NCBI GenBank assembly: GCA_032718475.1
Contig: JAUCBJ010005460.1
Coordinates: 1 to 39,195 of the forward strand
Reading direction: 5' to 3'
DNA from: Nemertoderma westbladi
Lineage: Eukaryota > Animalia > Xenacoelomorpha
Length of the DNA stretch: 39,195 nucleotides
In this document: positions 25,822 to 36,091 of the stretch, piece by piece
Layout: every line of letters starts with the position of its first letter
Numbering within the stretch: position 1 is the first letter of the stretch
Program-made: the position numbers and the translations under genes
The notes under the pieces: generated by a model
Seen by the model: the letters and a program-made list of their open reading frames with translations, nothing else
What the model was told of the DNA's origin: nothing
The model's database searches: none

Positions 25822-26324
25822 ATATTTATTATTATTTATTTATAATTATATTTACTACAATCTCCATCCTATAAATGATGTCTGTAAATTAATTCACTAT
25901 GGTTGCAGGTCAGTATTAAGCGTCAGTTCATATTGGATCAAATTGTTTTATATTTAATTTCCACCAGCCAATCAACATTTGTACAAACTGATACTACGAG
26001 ACTTACGAAAATTATTGCACTATTAAACAAAAGAATTAGGAGCACCAGGCAAACCTGGCATTTAATAAACATAAAGGATTGTTTATTTATGAAGACGTAT
26101 ATAGTTTAAACAGACGCATGACTGGTACTATAAAATGTTTATGTATAAGTTTGAATGTTAGTTAGGTAGTTATTTTTCTGGGAATACAATGAATGAAAAA
26201 ACAGTGTCGTGATCTGGCAGACAATTAGCATCTTCTGATGTCAACCCAGCTGTTAAACCCTATATGAATGGCAATGTTGTTCCAATGTCCCAGGAATTTT
26301 TAATAGGAATACTCGACAAAGACT

Positions 26325-27600
26325 TTAACTTGAATCCATATTTTACACCCCTACCCGGATCCAGCCAGTGACACTTGGTAATTAACTCGAATCCGCCTTT
26401 TGCACCCCTTCCTGGATCCAGTAGCACTTCGTAATTAACTTTAATCCGTGTTTTACACCCCTTCCCGGATCCAGTAGCACTTGGTAATTAACTTTAATCC
26501 TTGTTTTACACCCCTTCCCGGATCCAGTAGCACTTGGTAATTAACTTGAATCCGTGTTTTACACCCCTTCACGGATCCAGTAACACTTGGTAATTAACTT
26601 GAATCTGCGTTTTACAACCCTTCCCGGATCCAGTAAAACTTGGTAATTAACTCGAATCCTCGTTTTACACCCCTTCCCGGATCTATTAAAACTTGGTAAT
26701 TAACGTAAATCCGTGTTTTACACCCCTTCCCGGATCCAGTAGCACTTGGTAATTAACTTGAATCCGTGTTTTACACCCCTTCACGGATCCAGTAACACTT
26801 GGTAATTAACTTGAATCTGCGTTTTACAACCCTTCCCGGATCCAGTAAAACTTGGTAATTAACTCGAATTCTCGTTTTACACCCCTTCCCGGATCTATTA
26901 AAACTTGGTAATTAACGTAAATCCGTGTTTTACACCCATTCCCGTATCCAGTAGCACTTTGTAATTGAATCCACATTTTACACCCCTTCCCGGATCCAGT
27001 AACACTTGGTAATTAACTTGAATCCGTGTTTTACACCGCTTCCCGTATCCAGTAGCACTTTGTAATTAACTTGAATCCACATTTTACACCCCTTCCCGGA
27101 TCCAGTAACACTTGGTAATTAACTTGAATCCGCGTTTTACACCCCTTCCCATATCCAGTAGCACTTTGTAATTAACTTGAATCCGCGTTTTACACCCATT
27201 CCCGGATCCCGTAACATACCCAGTAACTTGAATCCTCGTTTTATACCCCTTCCCATATCCAGTAGCACTTTGTAATTAACTTGAATCCACATTTTACACC
27301 CCTTCCCGGATCCAGTTACACTTGGTAATTAACTTGAATCCGCCCTTCCCGGATCTATTAAAACCTGGTAAATAAATTGAATCCATATTTTACACCCTTT
27401 CCCGGATCCAATAAAACTTGGTAATTAACTTGAATCCGCGTTTTACACCCCTTCCCGGATCCAGTAACAATTGGTAAATAAATTGAATCCACGTTTTACA
27501 CCCCTTCCCGGATCCAGTAACACTTGGTAATAAACTTGAATCCGTATTTTACACCCAATCCCGGATTCAGTAGAAATATGAATCCGCATTTTACACTCCG
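26325..27600 (-). repeat. 53-bp satellite, inverted right arm (~23 units)
   Basis: Reverse complement of the left-arm unit (TTTTACACCCCTTCCCGGATCCAGTA...AATCCG); more heterogeneous than the left arm. Confidence 0.95.
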
Positions 27601-28059
27601 TTCAGGATTTAGCCTAAAACATGAATCCGCGCTTTACACTCCGTTTCGGATCTGAAAAATGGCCAATCCGCGTTTTACACTCGGTTACGGATTCGGTAAA
27701 TTTAGCAGTGCGCGGATGCGCAGATTACACCCAAAAAATGGAAATTCAGTCGACTTCCATAGGGATAATGTTAAATGATAGAATCCGGATCCTGATCCGG
27801 ATCCGCGTTTTACTCAGACTGTCTGACCCGGCTTAATGTCCTGATTTAATGTTTTTTGTTAGTTTGTGAGGTATAAGACTCTAATGTTTATACCTCTTTA
27901 TTAATAAAAATTGTTAGACCCCGGTACCCCGGGTACTTAAAAGTTAATTACTCAATACTCATTAACTCTCTCTCTCTCTGGGTTAAGAACGAACTCAACC
28001 CGATGCACCTTCATCCTAATATAGCTGTAAATTTTAACTCTAATTACTTTTATTTATAG

Positions 28060-28406
28060 ATGACGTCACGTATTGTGAACGAAGCCAAAGTACGATACTG
28101 GTTAACGGAGGACGTGGTAGCGGCGACGAAATCCGGTAACGTAGAGGATAAGGAGGGAGTTTTAGACGAACCCAAATCCTTGGACGAATATTATGTGGAG
28201 ACGATGAGAGCCCTGCAGTTTGATACATTCGAGTTGGTTCGGGAGAGGTCGGACGGGCGGTTGGAGTACTCGATGGCTTACCATTACGAGTCCATCGTGA
28301 AGTCGTCCATGTCTACGACCCCAGCCCGCGCTCGCAGACTCGCCCAAGAGGCCGTGACCCTGTCTACTTCATTGCCATTGAGCTCCAGTTCTACTGTATT
28401 TGTTAG
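28060..28406 (+). CDS. BIRC6: BIRC6 exon, start of UBC domain
   Basis: Acceptor ttatag|ATG, donor AG|gttagt. Encodes SLDEYYVETMRALQFDTFE...YHY...ARARRLAQEAVTLSTSLPLSSSSTVFVR. Confidence 0.95.
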
Positions 28407-28929
28407 GTTAGTCTACCTCCCTAGGGTATCCGAGTTACCATTGCTTTGGAGTCGTTTTCATTTAATGCTTTCAAGACACTAGTTTCAATACATTTCTCTT
28501 TGAACTAGCATACCATAACCGTTAGAACATACACCCCTTCTCAATCAACCCTTTTATTTATTTATTTAACATATCCAATCCACTCGTATAACAACTTTTT
28601 AACTTTCACTTTTTAGCATTTTAAATTACTTTTTAGCTTTCACTTTTTAGCATTTTCAAACATAATCTTTTAACAAACATTTTGCTTCCTAAAAGCGCCT
28701 TATAGTACATTCTTTTATAGATTTGGCGCTCTCTAAGTGTAATTTTTTAATATTAATTATATTCTTAAAGACTATATTATATTTAATATAGTGTCATTTA
28801 GCGGTCAAACATTGCAAGAATTATCGTCCGTTATAGGAAAATTATTCTATTTAATAAATAAATAGCATTCTAGAACGTATTATTTTTCTCATGAGTAGGT
28901 GTCCCCCCCCCCCCCCCCCCCCTACTTCA

Positions 28930-29662
28930 CCAGCACTATAATAGCTAAGCTGATATGATGACATTACCCGAAGGGAGACTTTAGCGGGAAAGAAGACCCT
29001 TTATCTACCGAATTATCTAATTTATAGAAATTACCACTTAAATCACATGTGCTCAATTGAGAATTCACCAGCAGGTGATGTCGATGTACAAATGGAGTAT
29101 GTTGATGACTTGGAGTTTACAAAGTTAAATTACATTCCATCATCTAGTTATAGTGACGATGAGGATGATCCTAGTCCAAATTTGTCTAGGTAGAGCAATG
29201 ACGTCATAGGGAAACATATTAGGAAGCCTGGCAAGGGGCGAAAAATACCCAATAGAGCAGCATGGAAATGTAATGTGCGTAAGTCCGACGCGACATTTAA
29301 ATATCTATCATGCTTTACCAGGAAAAACACCATTCAATAGTCGAGGAATGACGTGAGTTGTTCTGTTTCTCTGATAAAATCCTAGAGGTAAAACAACACA
29401 CACAGACTAGAGTTAATGTTAAATTTCAGTATGTGTTGTTTTGCCTCTTTGGAAAATAACGAAAAAATCAGTTTTTTTCATTAACAAAATGTATTCTGAA
29501 CGCTAGCCACTACTATAAAATGTATCATTGTATCTTCCCAGACCGCTGTCGAAAAAATTAGGAGACGGGATCCATATAGAGGGAAATGAGAAGGTTTTTT
29601 GCATTTTTCTCGAAACCACATTTTTTGGTGAGTGTTGTTCTGGCTCTTTGGTCACGAAATGT
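28930..29662 (+). mobile_element. Relic of a Sola-like DNA transposon (N-terminal transposase fragment plus one end)
   Basis: Around 29147-29283 it reads SYSDDEDDPSPNLSR*SNDVIGKHIRKPGKGRKIPNRAAWKCNVRK, an RK..N...WK.N.RK motif I recall from Sola-type transposases. Repeated GTGTTGTT(C/T)TG(G/C)CTCTT motifs end in GGTCACGAAATG. Left end not found. Confidence 0.45.
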
Positions 29663-29854
29663 TGCTATCTTTGAACGCCTATATCTCAGTTGTTTCTTAA
29701 CGAAATTCAGATATTGTTACATATTTTGAATCCTTGCAAGGCAATCTTTTTAATGATATGAAAAAATGAACTAATGTGAAGAATGGTCACGATACGGAGA
29801 GTGCGATTTCGCAAAAGATACTTTTTTTAAAACGCTTATAAAGGGTCCGCGGCG

Positions 29855-30005
29855 GCGGCGGACAATCCCGGTCGGAATTGTCCACCGGACAATTCCGACC
29901 CGGACAATTCCATCCCGGCAATTAATTCCGACCCGGACAATTTCGATCTGGGCAATTCCGACCCATGAAAAAACATGAAATTTCGAAATGGGTCGGAATT
30001 GTCAT
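29855..30005. repeat. Short cluster of GGACAATTCCGACCC units in both orientations (foldback MITE remnant)
   Basis: About 6 direct and 2 inverted (GGTCGGAATTGTC) units, similar in style to 2072-2310. Confidence 0.55.
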
Positions 30006-30094
30006 TACACCATTACGGGTCGTAGTGTATTTTTGCATAGTATAGCTAACGGTAATCTAAACAATTGATATTCGATATTTTTTATCATTTGCAG

Positions 30095-30287
30095 ATGTGA
30101 CGAGAATCGTCTCGATGTAATGAAGATTCTCATGACGGGACCTGCGGACACCCCCTACGCTAACGGCTGTTTCATCTTCGACGTTTTCTTCCCAGCCGAC
30201 TACCCCAACTCACCCCCCCTCATCAATCTCGAAACAACCGGAATGCATTCGGTTCGATTCAACCCCAATCTTTACAACGATGGGAAG
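30095..30287 (+). CDS. BIRC6: BIRC6 UBC-domain exon (absent from ORF track)
   Basis: Acceptor ttgcag|A, donor AAG|gttcgt. Translates [64 protein letters not shown]. Confidence 0.96.
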
Positions 30288-30532
30288 GTTCGTTCGTGAT
30301 TATCTCTTGTTCTGCTTGTGACTGTCTGTTTGTCCGTCATATATTTTTCTTTCTGTTCGTAGAAATTTGACGGCTTAGTTTCGGTCTGTTCGACTAGGTT
30401 TGTCTGTCTGTTCCTTCTGGGTGTAACATATGTCTGTCTTTGTTGTAGTTTTGTAATTTTGTGTTCATTCTATTTTCTATTTGTATAAGTTTGTTTTAAA
30501 AAAATACAAACAGTCGGCCGAAGCCGGATAGC

Positions 30533-32048
30533 TGCTACCCGAAAGTAGGGGTGGGCGCTACTCCTATCTGCTACCCGAGGGTAGGGGTGGGCGCTACTCC
30601 TATCTGCTACACGAAGGTAGGGGTGGGCGCTACTCTTATCTGCTACCCGAAGGTAGGGGTGGGCGCTACTCCTATCTACTATACACGAAGGTAGGGGTGG
30701 GCGCTACTCCTATCTGATACCCGAAGGTAGGGGTGGGCGCTATTCATATCTGCTACCCGAAGGTAGGGGTGGGCGGTACTCCTATCTGCTACCCGAAGGT
30801 AGGGGTGGGCGCTACTCCTATCTACTACACGAAGGTAGGGGTGGGCGCTACTCCTATCTGATACCCGAAGGTAGGGGTGGGCGCTACTCCTATCTACTAT
30901 ACACGAAGGTAGGGGTGGGCGCTACTCCTATCTGATACCCGAAGGTAGGGGTGGGCGCTATTCATATCTGCTACCCGAAGGTAGGGGTGGGCGGTACTCC
31001 TATCTGCTACACGAAGGTAGGGGTGGGCGCTACTCCTATCTACTACCCGAAGGTAGGGGTGGGCGCTACTCATATCTACTATACACGAAGGTAGGGGTGG
31101 GCGCTACTCCTATCTGATACCCGAAGGTAGGGGTGGGCGCTATTCATATCTGCTACCCGAAGGTAGGGGTGGGCGGTACTCCTATCTGCTACCCGAAGGT
31201 AGGGGTGGGCGCTACTCCTATCTACTACACGAAGGTAGGGGTGGGCGCTACTCCTATCTGCTACCCGAAGGTAGTGGTGGGCGCTACTCCTATCTACTAC
31301 ACGAAGGTAGGGGTGGGCGCTACTCCTATCTACTACACGAAGGTAGGGGTGGGCGCTACTCCTATCTGCTACCCGAAGGTAGGGGTGGGCGCTACTCCTA
31401 TCTGCTATCCGAAGGTAGGGGTGGGCGCTACTCCTATCTACTACACGAAGGTAGGGGTGGGCGCTACTCCTATCTACTACACGAAGGTAGGGGTGGGCGC
31501 TACTCCTATCTGCTACCCGAAGGTAGGGGTGGGCGCTACTCCTATCTGCTACCCGAAGGTAGGGGTGGGCGGTACTCCTAGCTGCTACCCGAAGGTAGGG
31601 GTGGGCGCTACTCCATCTGCTACCCTAAGGTAGGGGTGGGCGCTACTCCTATCTGCTACACAAAGGTAGGGGGTGGGCGCTACTTCTAGCTGCTACCCTA
31701 AGGTAGGGGTGGGCGCTACTCCTATCTGCTACCCGAAGGTAGGGGTGGGCGCTACTCCTATCTACTATACACGAAGGTAGGGTTGGGCGCTACTCCTATC
31801 TGATACCCGAAGGTAGGGGTGGGCGCTACTCCTATCTGCTACACAAAGGTAGGGGGTGGGCGCTACTTCTAGCTGCTACCCGAAGGTAGGGGTGGGCGCT
31901 ACTCCTATCTGCTACCCGAAGGTAGGGGTGGGCGCTACTCCTATCTGTTACCCGAAGGTAGGGGTGGGCGCTACTCCTATCTGCTACCCGAAGGTAGGGG
32001 TGGGCGCTACTCCTATCTGTTACCCGAAGGTAGGGGTGGGCGCTACTC
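30533..32048. repeat. 36-bp minisatellite, left block (~42 units)
   Basis: Unit CCGAAGGTAGGGGTGGGCGCTACTCCTATCTGCTAC. Confidence 0.97.
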
Positions 32049-32189
32049 AGGACAGGAATTTTTGACCTGCGGTTAATTCGAGGAACCAGAGGTTTATCGA
32101 TTCAAAGATAACCTGTGGTTAAATTTAATAAATTAAACCTCAGGTTGTTTTTCGTATAACAACCAGTGGTTGTGCTAAGTTCAATGGTG

Positions 32190-32830
32190 TTTCAGGTTTC
32201 AAATAAATGATTTAACCTGTGGTTAATTTAAGATCAACCGGTGTTTCGGGTTTCAAATAAATGATTTCACCTGTGGTTAATTTAAGATCAACCGGTGTTT
32301 CGGGTTTCAAATATATGGTTTAACCTGTGGTTAATTTAAGATCAACCGGTGTTTTTTTTCAAAATAAATGGTTAAACCTGCGTTTAATGTGGATCAACCG
32401 TTGTTTCAGGTTTCAAATATATGGTTTATCCTGTGGTTAATTTAAGATCAACCGGTGTTTTTTTTCAAAATAAATGGTTAAACCTGCGTTTAATGTGGAT
32501 CAACCGTTGTTTCAGGTTTCAAATATATGGTTTAACCTGTGGTTAATTTAAGATCAACCGGTGTTTCGGGTTTCAAATATATGGTTTAACCTGTGGTTAA
32601 TTTAAGATCAACCGGTGTTTTTTTTCAAAATAAATGGTTAAACCTGCGTTTAATGTGGATCAACCGTTGTTTCAGGTTTCAAATATATGGTTTAACCTGT
32701 GGTTAATTTAAGATCAACCGGTGTTTCGGGTTTCAAATACATGGTTTAACCTGTGGTTAATTTAAGATCAACCGGTGTTTCGGGTTTCAAATGAGGATCA
32801 AGTCGGTGTTTTAGATTTCAAATAAATGGT
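32190..32830. repeat. ~54-bp subterminal tandem repeats
   Basis: TTAACCTGTGGTTAATTTAAGATCAACCGGTGTTTCGGGTTTCAAATATATGGT, about 11 copies. Confidence 0.9.
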
Positions 32831-32948
32831 TTATTGAAGGCCAATATCAAATATAATATCAAATATCAAATATGTTTATCAAGGATCAAATTATTGAATA
32901 AATGAATTTACAGTTTCCTAAATCCTAAATGATAATGTATTGAACCAT

Positions 32949-33300
32949 TTACTCTTCCTGATATGGACAATCATTTTTCCTAACAGACATTGCGGTATAT
33001 TCTTCATCAATGTCATCAAGTCCCTTTAGAAATTTGACTGTACTGCTGTAGACGAAGCCTTCCTTTTCCCATGCTGCTCGCGATTTTCAAAATATGGAAC
33101 AATGTATTCCGCAGTGTCTTTAATCCATGAGAAATTGTTAGAACCAAAGAAGTAAATCCACTTGAAGTTGTCCCCTGGTGCCTGGATGCTTTGGCTTGGG
33201 CATTGCGGAACCCTCTGGAGCTCTTTCAGTTCGGGCAGGCCAGAATGGTTTTGTTATACGTTGCCGCGCCCAAACCAACTCACCAACATAGTCACCCTCA
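32949..33300 (-). pseudogene. Stand-alone PWWP-domain gene with two frameshifts
   Basis: After removing two short duplications (33174-33188, 33038-33050) it reads YVGELVWARQRITKPFWPARTERAPEGSAMPKPKHPGDNFKWIYFFGSNNFSWIKDTAEYIVPYFENREQHGKRKASSTVKFLKGLDDIDEEYTAMSVRKNDCPYQEE*. Confidence 0.82.
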
Positions 33301-34441
33301 TCTCGACTATCAGATGGACCACTGCAGGTACTAGACGATTTAGATCCATAATTACAATTAACTGTATTTCCCGTTGTCCACCCTCCTACAGCCGACAGTC
33401 CTACTCCTGTACTCTCAACGCTCAAACTACACTCTGACACTACAGACTAGACTAGGCCTACTACACAATAGGACAGGTCCCGTCTGGCAAAACAAAAAGA
33501 GTACACTACCCTACACAGCCCTACCACCTACTACAGCAGTACTGTACTACTGTTCTGTACTACCGGCAACCGGTACCACTACTGTACCAGTGGCAGTGAT
33601 ACACTGCATCACTGTAATCAAATTTCGGGATTGTACCGGTACCGATTCTGCGATTGCAGGACAGCGCAGGATGGCAATGGCACTTTCACAAAAAATGACT
33701 GAATTATGATAGGCCTATGACAGTATGAACAAATTGCAGAATTAGCGGTCAACTTATGGCGGTTTATTCAAACATCCCTAAGACATACATTGTAATTTAT
33801 AACACATTTTTGTTCAACATGATATAGTAGCATTCAACAAATATAAGGGAATGCTTGATTTATGTTATAAATAATGTAAAACATGTAAATCATGTTAAAC
33901 AATCGTTAAATATTTACCTGATAAAACATGTTACATAAAAACGTACTTAACAAACGTATTAAGATTGTTTACATGATTGGATATTATGTTATTGGATGTT
34001 CAATTAACATGTGGATCAACAACATTTTAGAAAGAAACTATGAAACATGAGCATGTTTACTATATGTTGTCAACCACAGGTTGTTTTAAGTTTTCAACCA
34101 CCGTTCCATGTAAGTTGTAGACCACCGGTTATTCTAAGTCTTCAACCACCGTTACCTTGTAAACATACGGTGATTTAATTTTTGTAAACCACCGGTTAAG
34201 TTATCCACTACCGTTTACTGTGTTGTAAACAAACTGTGATTTGAATTTTTGTAAACCACCGGTTATTCTAAGTTTTCAACCACCGTTTACTGTGTTTTAA
34301 ATCAACGGTTATATGTATTTTTCAACCAATCGATTAATGTAAGTTTTAAACCACCGGTTACTTTGTATCAAATAATATGAACCGCCGTTTATTCCTAAGT
34401 CAAACACTGTTTCTGTTTTATGATAGCAATTACAATCCGGA

Positions 34442-34615
34442 AAACCACCGTTTCAATGTAACACTGCAGTTTGGGAAAATTTAAACCACCGTTTCAATGT
34501 AACACTGCAGTTTGGGAAAATTTAAACCACCGTTTCAATGTAACACTGCAGTTTGGGAAAATTTAAACCACCGTTTCAATGTAACACTGCACTTTGGGAA
34601 AATTTAAACCACCGT
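34442..34615. repeat. 41-bp tandem repeat x4 in the subterminal region
   Basis: AAACCACCGTTTCAATGTAACACTGCAGTTTGGGAAAATTT. Confidence 0.92.
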
Positions 34616-34720
34616 TTTAGCATATGCCAATTTGTAACCAGCGGTTTTAAAAGAGCAACCATCGGTTGAAACTTTTATACCAGAGGTTAAAAAAAGAACC
34701 GCCGAACAATTTTTTCAGTG

Positions 34721-35905
34721 TAGGGGTGGGCGCTACTCCTATCTACTATACACGAAGGTAGGGGTGGGCGCTACTCCTATCTGATACCCGAAGGTAGGGG
34801 TGGGCGCTACTCCTATCTACTATACACGAAGGTAGGGGTGGGCGCTACTCCTATCTGATACCCGAAGGTAGGGGTGGGCGCTATTCATATCTGCTACCCG
34901 AAGGTAGGGGTGGGCGGTACTCCTATCTGCTACACGAAGGTAGGGGTGGGCGCTACTCCTATCTACTACCCGAAGGTAGGGGTGGGCGCTACTCCTATCT
35001 ACTATACACGAAGGTAGGGGTGGGCGCTACTCCTATCTGATACCCGAAGGTAGGGGTGGGCGCTATTCATATCTGCTACCCGAAGGTAGGGGTGGGCGGT
35101 ACTCCTATCTGCTACCCGAAGGTAGGGGTGGGCGCTACTCCTATCTACTACACGAAGGTAGGGGTGGGCGCTACTCCTATCTGCTACCCGAAGGTAGTGG
35201 TGGGCGCTACTCCTATCTACTACACGAAGGTAGGGGTGGGCGCTACTCCTATCTACTACACGAAGGTAGGGGTGGGCGCTACTCCTATCTGCTACCCGAA
35301 GGTAGGGGTGGGCGCTACTCCTATCTGCTATCCGAAGGTAGGGGTGGGCGCTACTCCTATCTACTACACGAAGGTAGGGGTGGGCGCTACTCCTATCTAC
35401 TACACGAAGGTAGGGGTGGGCGCTACTCCTATCTGCTACCCGAAGGTAGGGGTGGGCGCTACTCCTATCTGCTACCCGAAGGTAGGGGTGGGCGGTACTC
35501 CTAGCTGCTACCCGAAGGTAGGGGTGGGCGCTACTCCATCTGCTACCCTAAGGTAGGGGTGGGCGCTACTCCTATCTGCTACACAAAGGTAGGGGGTGGG
35601 CGCTACTTCTAGCTGCTACCCTAAGGTAGGGGTGGGCGCTACTCCTATCTGCTACCCGAAGGTAGGGGTGGGCGCTACTCCTATCTACTATACACGAAGG
35701 TAGGGTTGGGCGCTACTCCTATCTGATACCCGAAGGTAGGGGTGGGCGCTACTCCTATCTGCTACACAAAGGTAGGGGGTGGGCGCTACTTCTAGCTGCT
35801 ACCCGAAGGTAGGGGTGGGCGCTACTCCTATCTGCTACCCGAAGGTAGGGGTGGGCGCTACTCCTATCTGTTACCCGAAGGTAGGGGTTTGCGCTACTCC
35901 TATCC
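34721..35905. repeat. 36-bp minisatellite, right block (~33 units)
   Basis: Same unit as the left block. The variant order duplicates ~30827-31964 at an offset of 3923. Confidence 0.97.
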
Positions 35906-36091
35906 CTTGTTTTGCTCCCATTAATTCAACTTGTTATCATGTTATCGACCTCAGTGGATAAAAGACTGAGTGGACCGTGGCGGGGGTCGAACCTACAACC
36001 AAAAGATGCAGGCCCGGCGCTCAACCAACTGAGCTACCCCGCGCCGTCCTATTTGTTCTATATAAAAATGTTTTTTTTCTACTCTTTCTAG

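Larger units (their letters stand above)
16590..27832. mobile_element. Foldback-like element with inverted satellite arms (~11 kb; ends approximate)
   Basis: Outer motifs GTAAAACG..CGGATACGGATCAGGACCCGGATT (~16596-16633) and inverted AATCCGGATCCTGATCCGGATCCGCGTTTTAC (~27782-27813). Diverged outer monomers correspond between arms. The two arrays are in opposite orientation. Confidence 0.78.
7052..28059 (+). other. 21,008-bp BIRC6 intron built of nested TEs and tandem arrays
   Basis: GTAAAT...TATAG boundaries. The flanking exons join in frame (…VDMQ|MTSRIV…). Confidence 0.88.
32051..34720 (-). mobile_element. Non-autonomous CACTA/EnSpm-like element carrying a PWWP gene
   Basis: Right terminus TTTTTTCAGTG (CACTGAAAAAA on the minus strand). 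Degenerate left terminus GACAGGAATTTTTGACCTGCGGTT (15/24 match). Long subterminal AACC..GGTT repeat fields on both sides. It interrupts the 36-bp array. Confidence 0.72.
30485..36048 (-). mobile_element. tRNA-derived SINE whose body is expanded by a 36-bp minisatellite and a nested TE
   Basis: Head at 36045-35972 with A box TAGCTCAGTTGG and B box GGTTCGACCCC, then CACTCAGTCTTTTATCCACTGAGGTCGATAA, then the array. The tail reads CCGGCTTCGGCCGACTGTTTGTATTTTTTT at ~30530-30497. Candidate 8-bp TSD CTATTTGT (30477-30484, 36049-36056). Confidence 0.65.

Noticed and set aside
31133-35961. ORFs of (PICYPKVGVGAT)n
   Set aside because: Translations of the 36-bp unit with frequent frame-breaking indels and stops; no unique coding flanks.
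35972-36045. Functional tRNA gene on the minus strand
   Set aside because: A and B boxes are present, but the acceptor and anticodon stems do not pair properly and SINE-like body sequence follows.
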